From assembly GCA_963662545.2 (NCBI GenBank), contig CAXXLL010000002.1, positions 256,001-320,000 on the forward strand: a stretch of DNA of 64,000 nt, written 5' to 3'. Shown in pieces: positions 59,746-64,000 of the stretch; position 1 is the first letter of the stretch, and every line of letters begins with the position of its first letter. This stretch comes from Gammaproteobacteria bacterium. Lineage in GTDB: Bacteria; Pseudomonadota; Gammaproteobacteria; Ga0077536. Under the pieces are notes generated by a model that saw only the letters and a program-made list of their open reading frames with translations, had not been told where the DNA came from and ran no database searches. The translations under genes were made by a program, and so were the position numbers.

Positions 59746-61119
59746 ATGATCCCTACGACAATAGTTCGAAACCTGCTCACAGCCTCCCTCGCGCTGCTGT
59801 CCTACTCGGCGGTAGGCGCGTTACCGCAAAGCGCCGATGGTCAGGACATTCCGAGCCTCGCGCCAATGGTGGAAAAAGCGACACCGGCGGTCGTCAATAT
59901 AGCCACCGAGGGCCACGTCGAGCTGCGCAGTAATCCGCTGTTCAACGATCCTTTTTTTCGCCGTTTCTTTAATTTCCGAGAACAGCCACGCCATCGGCGA
60001 ACCCAAAGCTTGGGCTCCGGAGTCATCGTGGATGCCGGTCGCGGTCTGATCATGACCAACAATCACGTGATCGCGAACGCCGATCAGATCATGGTAAAGC
60101 TGCGTGATGGCCGCGTATTCAAGGCGGAACTCGTGGGCACCGATCCCGACACAGACGTTGCGGTGGTCAAGATTCCGGCCGACAAGCTGACCGCGCTGCC
60201 GCTCGCCGATTCCGAGAAACTACGGGTCGGCGATTTTGTGGTCGCCATCGGCAATCCCTTTGGTCTCGGACAGACGGTCACTTCCGGTATCGTCAGCGCG
60301 CTGGCCCGGAGTGGCCTGGGCATAACCGGCTACGAGGATCTGATTCAAACCGATGCTTCGATCAATCCCGGTAATTCCGGGGGCGCGCTGGTTAACCTGC
60401 GCGGCGAACTGGTCGGTATCAATACGGCGATTTACTCGCAGACCGGGAGCAATATCGGGATCGGCTTTGCCATTCCCGTGAACATGGCAAGCCAGATCAT
60501 GGAGCAGTTGGTCGAGCACGGTGAAGTACAGCGTGGCTTCCTCGGCGCCCAGTTACAGGACCTCGACGGCGAGCTGGCCGAGGCCTTTGGTTTGCCGATC
60601 ACGGAGGGCGCCGTACTGGTCAATATCGTACGGGGGTCGCCCGCTGAGGAAGCGGGCTTGAAACCCGGTGACGTCGTCACACATATCAATGGGCGCCGCG
60701 TCGCGAGTGCCGCGGATCTTCGCAACCAGGTCGGCATCACGCGGGTCGGCGTAAAAATCGATCTAACTTATCTGCGTGATGCCGAGTCCCGACAGGTCAG
60801 CATCATCGTTGCCGAGCGTGAAGAGGTCTCGGCCACGGGGCCACAGTTCGGCAACAAACGTTTGGCGGGAACGACTTTCGGTGAGATCCCCGAGGATTCG
60901 CCGGCCTATGGCCGTGTCACGGGAGTCATGGCATTCGCCATCGAGCGCGACTCACTGGCCTGGGCAGGCGGGTTGCGTGAGGGCGATATCGTCACCTCGG
61001 TCAACCGCCAGCCGATCGTGTCGGTGCCGATTTTTCTGCAGGTGGTGAATCAGATAAAGGGGCAGCTGCTTTTGCGGGTGCTGCGCGGCAGGCAGGCGGC
61101 TTTCATCATTATCGAATGA
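59746..61119 (+). CDS. degQ: DegQ/Do family serine endoprotease
   Basis: TNNHV, TDVAV, QTDASINPGNSGG, two PDZ domains. Confidence 0.92.
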   Translation: MIPTTIVRNLLTASLALLSYSAVGALPQSADGQDIPSLAPMVEKATPAVVNIATEGHVELRSNPLFNDPFFRRFFNFREQPRHRRTQSLGSGVIVDAGRGLIMTNNHVIANADQIMVKLRDGRVFKAELVGTDPDTDVAVVKIPADKLTALPLADSEKLRVGDFVVAIGNPFGLGQTVTSGIVSALARSGLGITGYEDLIQTDASINPGNSGGALVNLRGELVGINTAIYSQTGSNIGIGFAIPVNMASQIMEQLVEHGEVQRGFLGAQLQDLDGELAEAFGLPITEGAVLVNIVRGSPAEEAGLKPGDVVTHINGRRVASAADLRNQVGITRVGVKIDLTYLRDAESRQVSIIVAEREEVSATGPQFGNKRLAGTTFGEIPEDSPAYGRVTGVMAFAIERDSLAWAGGLREGDIVTSVNRQPIVSVPIFLQVVNQIKGQLLLRVLRGRQAAFIIIE

Positions 61120-61133
61120 GCGGACACTATTAG

Positions 61134-61259
61134 GGAACCTCTGAATAAGTCATGGTGCGTCTGAATGGTTCATGAAATGGTGCAGATCAAGGCACGAATC
61201 GCAGGCCATAGCGGGGACTATGGGCAAGGCAGATATGCCATGACTTATTCAGAGGTTTC
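61134..61259. mobile_element. 126-bp MITE-like element with TTAG target duplication
   Basis: IRs GGAACCTCTGAATAAGTCATGG / GAAACCTCTGAATAAGTCATGG; TTAG at 61130-61133 and 61260-61263. Confidence 0.8.
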
Positions 61260-62189
61260 TTAGATATCGAGGTAATTGACCTCGGCCAGGTCCGCCGCAC
61301 GGACTGCCTGCGCCAGACAATTGATGAGTGCGGGGCGGGCGAACCCTCGGCGGTAGAAAATGGCGACCGTGCGGGACGGTACCGGTGGGGTGAAGGGCCG
61401 GATGGCCAGATGAGCGCTCAGATCTTCACTGATCTTCATCGTCGACGGCAGGATCGTAACACCCGCACCCATGGCGACCATCTGACTGATCGTATTCAGT
61501 GAACTGCCCTCGAGGGTTTTCGTGAGTTCTGTTTCCCCGCTTTCGCCCGTGTTGATGCAATCCGGACAAGCTTCCATCACTTGATCGCGAAAGCAGTTCC
61601 GCGCAGAGAGCAGCAACAGCGTTTGATCCGCTAATTCATCGGCTTCGATGCGCTTTTTTTTCGCCAGCGGATGATCCGCAGGCAGCGCAACTTTGAACGG
61701 TTCGTCGTAAAGCGGACGGCTGATCAAGCCCTGGCCTTGGAAAGGGAGGGACATGATCGCGGCGTCGAGTTCGCCGCGGCGCAGGCTCACTGCCAGCGCA
61801 TCGGTGAAATTCTCTTCGACAACCAGCGACAAACTCGGCGCGAGCGCCTTCAGGCTCGTGATCAGGCGCGGTACCAAATAGGGTCCGATCGTATAGATTA
61901 CGCCGAGCGTCAGCCGTCGTCCGAGGGGGTCCTGTGCAGCCGCGGCCGTTTCCTCGATCACTTCGGCTGCGCGAATCACTGTTTCAGCTTGCCGGACGAC
62001 CTGTTCCCCGATATCCGTAACGATGACCTCGGATCGGCTGCGCTCGAGCAACCTGACGCCAAGCTCCTGTTCGAGCTTGCGCACACCGACGCTTAGCGTC
62101 GGTTGCCTGACGAAACACGCTTCGGCCGCTTTACCAAAATGACGAAACCGCGCTACCGCGATGATGTAGCGTAATTCGGTCAAGGTCAC
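61260..62189 (-). CDS. oxyR: OxyR-like LysR regulator
   Basis: MTLTELRYI..HFGKAAEACFV.QPTLS; redox pair CFRDQVMEAC. Confidence 0.82.
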   Translation of the reverse strand: MTLTELRYIIAVARFRHFGKAAEACFVRQPTLSVGVRKLEQELGVRLLERSRSEVIVTDIGEQVVRQAETVIRAAEVIEETAAAAQDPLGRRLTLGVIYTIGPYLVPRLITSLKALAPSLSLVVEENFTDALAVSLRRGELDAAIMSLPFQGQGLISRPLYDEPFKVALPADHPLAKKKRIEADELADQTLLLLSARNCFRDQVMEACPDCINTGESGETELTKTLEGSSLNTISQMVAMGAGVTILPSTMKISEDLSAHLAIRPFTPPVPSRTVAIFYRRGFARPALINCLAQAVRAADLAEVNYLDI

Positions 62190-62224
62190 GGCAGGATAAA
62201 CTCCGCGTGCGGGCGAGGGCGAGT

Positions 62225-63028
62225 TCAGGCAGTTGCGCGAGCGGCCGAATATGGGACTTCAGCCTGTGCGTCTTTTGACACAATCTTGTCGAGTAACTCG
62301 AGGTCGACGAAGCGGTGACCGAAGGCGTTTCCGGCGGTCACGGTAAACGGTTGATCCGGTTCTCCGACGGAATCGATAACCAGTTCCGCACCGTAAAAAT
62401 CATGATCGCGGGTAAATCTATGTGTCGTGACGATGGTAGCGAGTCCGGCGGCGGTCGCTGACCCCAGTCCATTTGGCGTATCTTCGAACGCGATCAGCAA
62501 ATCCACGTCGATCCCGAGCGTCTGGATCACCGCGTTATACACCGCCGGCGATGGCTTCTTTTCGACAACGGAATCGCAGGTCTCGATCGCAGAGAACCAG
62601 TCTCGCCATCCCGGTGACAGATTGTTGTCTAGCAGGGTTTCGACGTTTGACTTAGCGGAACTCGTCGCAATAGCCAGCACCAAGTCCGCGTCTCGTGCCT
62701 CGCTGATGAGGCGGCCGATACCGGGCCGCAAAGCTACTTCGCCTTCGGTCAGCATGGCGGCGTACTTGCGGGTCTTCGCTTTGTGCAGGGAAACCACGAA
62801 CTCGTCGAATTCACCCTCGCCGGCGAAGCGTGACCGCAGGTGCTGACCAAAGCGGGTGATCCGCTCACGGCCGCCTGAAATCACCAGGAGTTCTTCGTAT
62901 AAATCCGGCGTCCAATTCCAGTCGAGACCGTGCTCGGCGAAAGTGTGATTGAAAGCGAGGCGATGGACTTCCTCGGTATCCGCGAGCGTCCCGTCGACGT
63001 CAAATATGATCGCCTTGAGTTTTTTCAC
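62225..63028 (-). CDS. CbbY-like HAD-IA sugar-phosphate phosphatase
   Basis: FDVDGTLADTEEVHRLAFN, GGRERI, KKPSP, FEDT. Confidence 0.85.
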   Translation of the reverse strand: MKKLKAIIFDVDGTLADTEEVHRLAFNHTFAEHGLDWNWTPDLYEELLVISGGRERITRFGQHLRSRFAGEGEFDEFVVSLHKAKTRKYAAMLTEGEVALRPGIGRLISEARDADLVLAIATSSAKSNVETLLDNNLSPGWRDWFSAIETCDSVVEKKPSPAVYNAVIQTLGIDVDLLIAFEDTPNGLGSATAAGLATIVTTHRFTRDHDFYGAELVIDSVGEPDQPFTVTAGNAFGHRFVDLELLDKIVSKDAQAEVPYSAARATA

Positions 63029-63053
63029 CGTCCAAAACCAGGAGAGTGTTAAT

Positions 63054-63127
63054 TTACAACATAATGTTGTAAGTCTACGACACAAATGTCAATTAAGCTA
63101 TTGATTTAATGTGAATCTCGTCACATT
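63054..63127 (-). promoter_or_regulatory. Composite promoter: CRP-family box, IHF site, TTGACA and palindromic operator
   Basis: AATGTGA-ATCTCG-TCACATT 63108-63127; AATCAA-TAGC-TTA (minus) 63094-63106; TTGACA (minus) 63087-63092; TTACAACAT-A-ATGTTGTAA 63054-63072. Confidence 0.72.
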
Positions 63128-63306
63128 CGAATTGAGTCTGAACCAGACGGTGAAAAAAGGTTTCCCGATATTTTCCCGTTGTGCACTCAGAACACTCAGG
63201 TCCCGAGAGGTTCCAACCAGCCATCACGGGTCACTACCTGGTGGGAACTGTTCCTTCCAAGCAGCCCGTAGCGGACTGGCGCGAAACACGCTTTATCGTT
63301 GTTCCG

Positions 63307-64000
63307 CTAATCTTGTTGTCGGATCTTCGGGGCAGAATCTTCAGTGACGTCCAGTTCGACCCGCTCGATTTTGTCAAATCGATCGCTGATCTTCCTGGCC
63401 GAAATGTTGACGTCGGTGACATCGTCATGCGCCTGGCTGATATGCCTGGCGAGATTGTCCATACGTTTACGAAAGCGCTGAAAGTCGTCTGCGAGAAACC
63501 CCAGGTGTTGCTGGATGATATCGACCTGTTCACGGGTCTTCGCGTCCTTCAATACCGATCGAGCGGTATTCAGGATCGCCCACAGCGTTGTCGGTGACGC
63601 CAGCCAGACACGGTTTGCGTGCGCGTTGTCTGTTAAATCCGGGTGGTGCGCCTGAATCTCGGCGAACACCGCTTCGGCTGGAATAAACATGATTGCGCCG
63701 TCAGCGGTAAGGTCGCGAATGATGTATTTCTCCGCTATGTCCTTGATGTGCTTTTTAATGTCCTGCTTGAATTGTGTTTCGGCTCGTTTGCGCTCGATCT
63801 CATTGCGTTCCATATCGGTCATCGTGCGAAACGATTCGAGCGGGAACTTGGCATCAATGCAAATAGTCCCGGATGGGTTTGGTAGAAACAGAATGCAGTC
63901 CACGACCTTGTCGTTTGGCAGTTTGTGTTGAAATGCGAAACTTCCGGGCGGCATCACGTTCGTCACCAGTGATGCAAGCTGTACTTCCCCGAACACGCCC
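63307..64000 (-). CDS. rmuC: DNA recombination protein RmuC (5' end outside window)
   Basis: FGEVQL, IDAKFPL, HIKDIAEKYI, MFIPAEAVF, SPTTL. Confidence 0.93.
   Translation of the reverse strand, partial: GVFGEVQLASLVTNVMPPGSFAFQHKLPNDKVVDCILFLPNPSGTICIDAKFPLESFRTMTDMERNEIERKRAETQFKQDIKKHIKDIAEKYIIRDLTADGAIMFIPAEAVFAEIQAHHPDLTDNAHANRVWLASPTTLWAILNTARSVLKDAKTREQVDIIQQHLGFLADDFQRFRKRMDNLARHISQAHDDVTDVNISARKISDRFDKIERVELDVTEDSAPKIRQQD

Noticed and set aside
62225-63028. Calvin cycle inferred from the CbbY-like gene
   Set aside because: No RuBisCO or PRK in the window, and the adjacent LysR is OxyR-like rather than CbbR

Overview
GC-rich chromosomal window, probably from a Gammaproteobacterium (rplM-rpsI, coq7, degQ, oxyR-like, rmuC). 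1-15.7 kb: Tad/Flp type IVc pilus locus of the FHA-TadA subtype. One pilin-like gene is split by an IS256 element with a 9-bp target duplication, CpaB carries 40-aa repeats, a small ORF mimics the CpaB C-terminus, and a TPR lipoprotein has 78-bp tandem repeats. 15.7-26.1 kb: catabolic genes (SDR, two GFA, TRAP, nitroreductase) and a tandem triplet of an IS5-like/ISNCY element that may be partly an assembly artefact. 26.1-33.2 kb: candidate cyclic-nucleotide module made of a tandem-PilZ protein, an MMPL/RND transporter fused to a cNMP-binding domain, and a divergent class III cyclase-ATPase-TPR. 33-41.7 kb: P450, hmgA, flavin oxygenases and TRAP. 41.7-52.4 kb: two divergent, mirror-image nonulosonic-acid operons, each headed by a paralogous surface-carbohydrate protein. 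52.4-64 kb: frameshifted PEP-utiliser, aldolase, aspartyl protease, tRNA-Gln followed by a long hairpin that pairs with its own 3' end, four-helix-bundle gene, rpsI/rplM, coq7, degQ, a 126-bp MITE, oxyR-like, a CbbY-like HAD gene with a clear CRP/IHF/operator promoter, and rmuC. All family calls come from motif recognition by eye; no searches were run.
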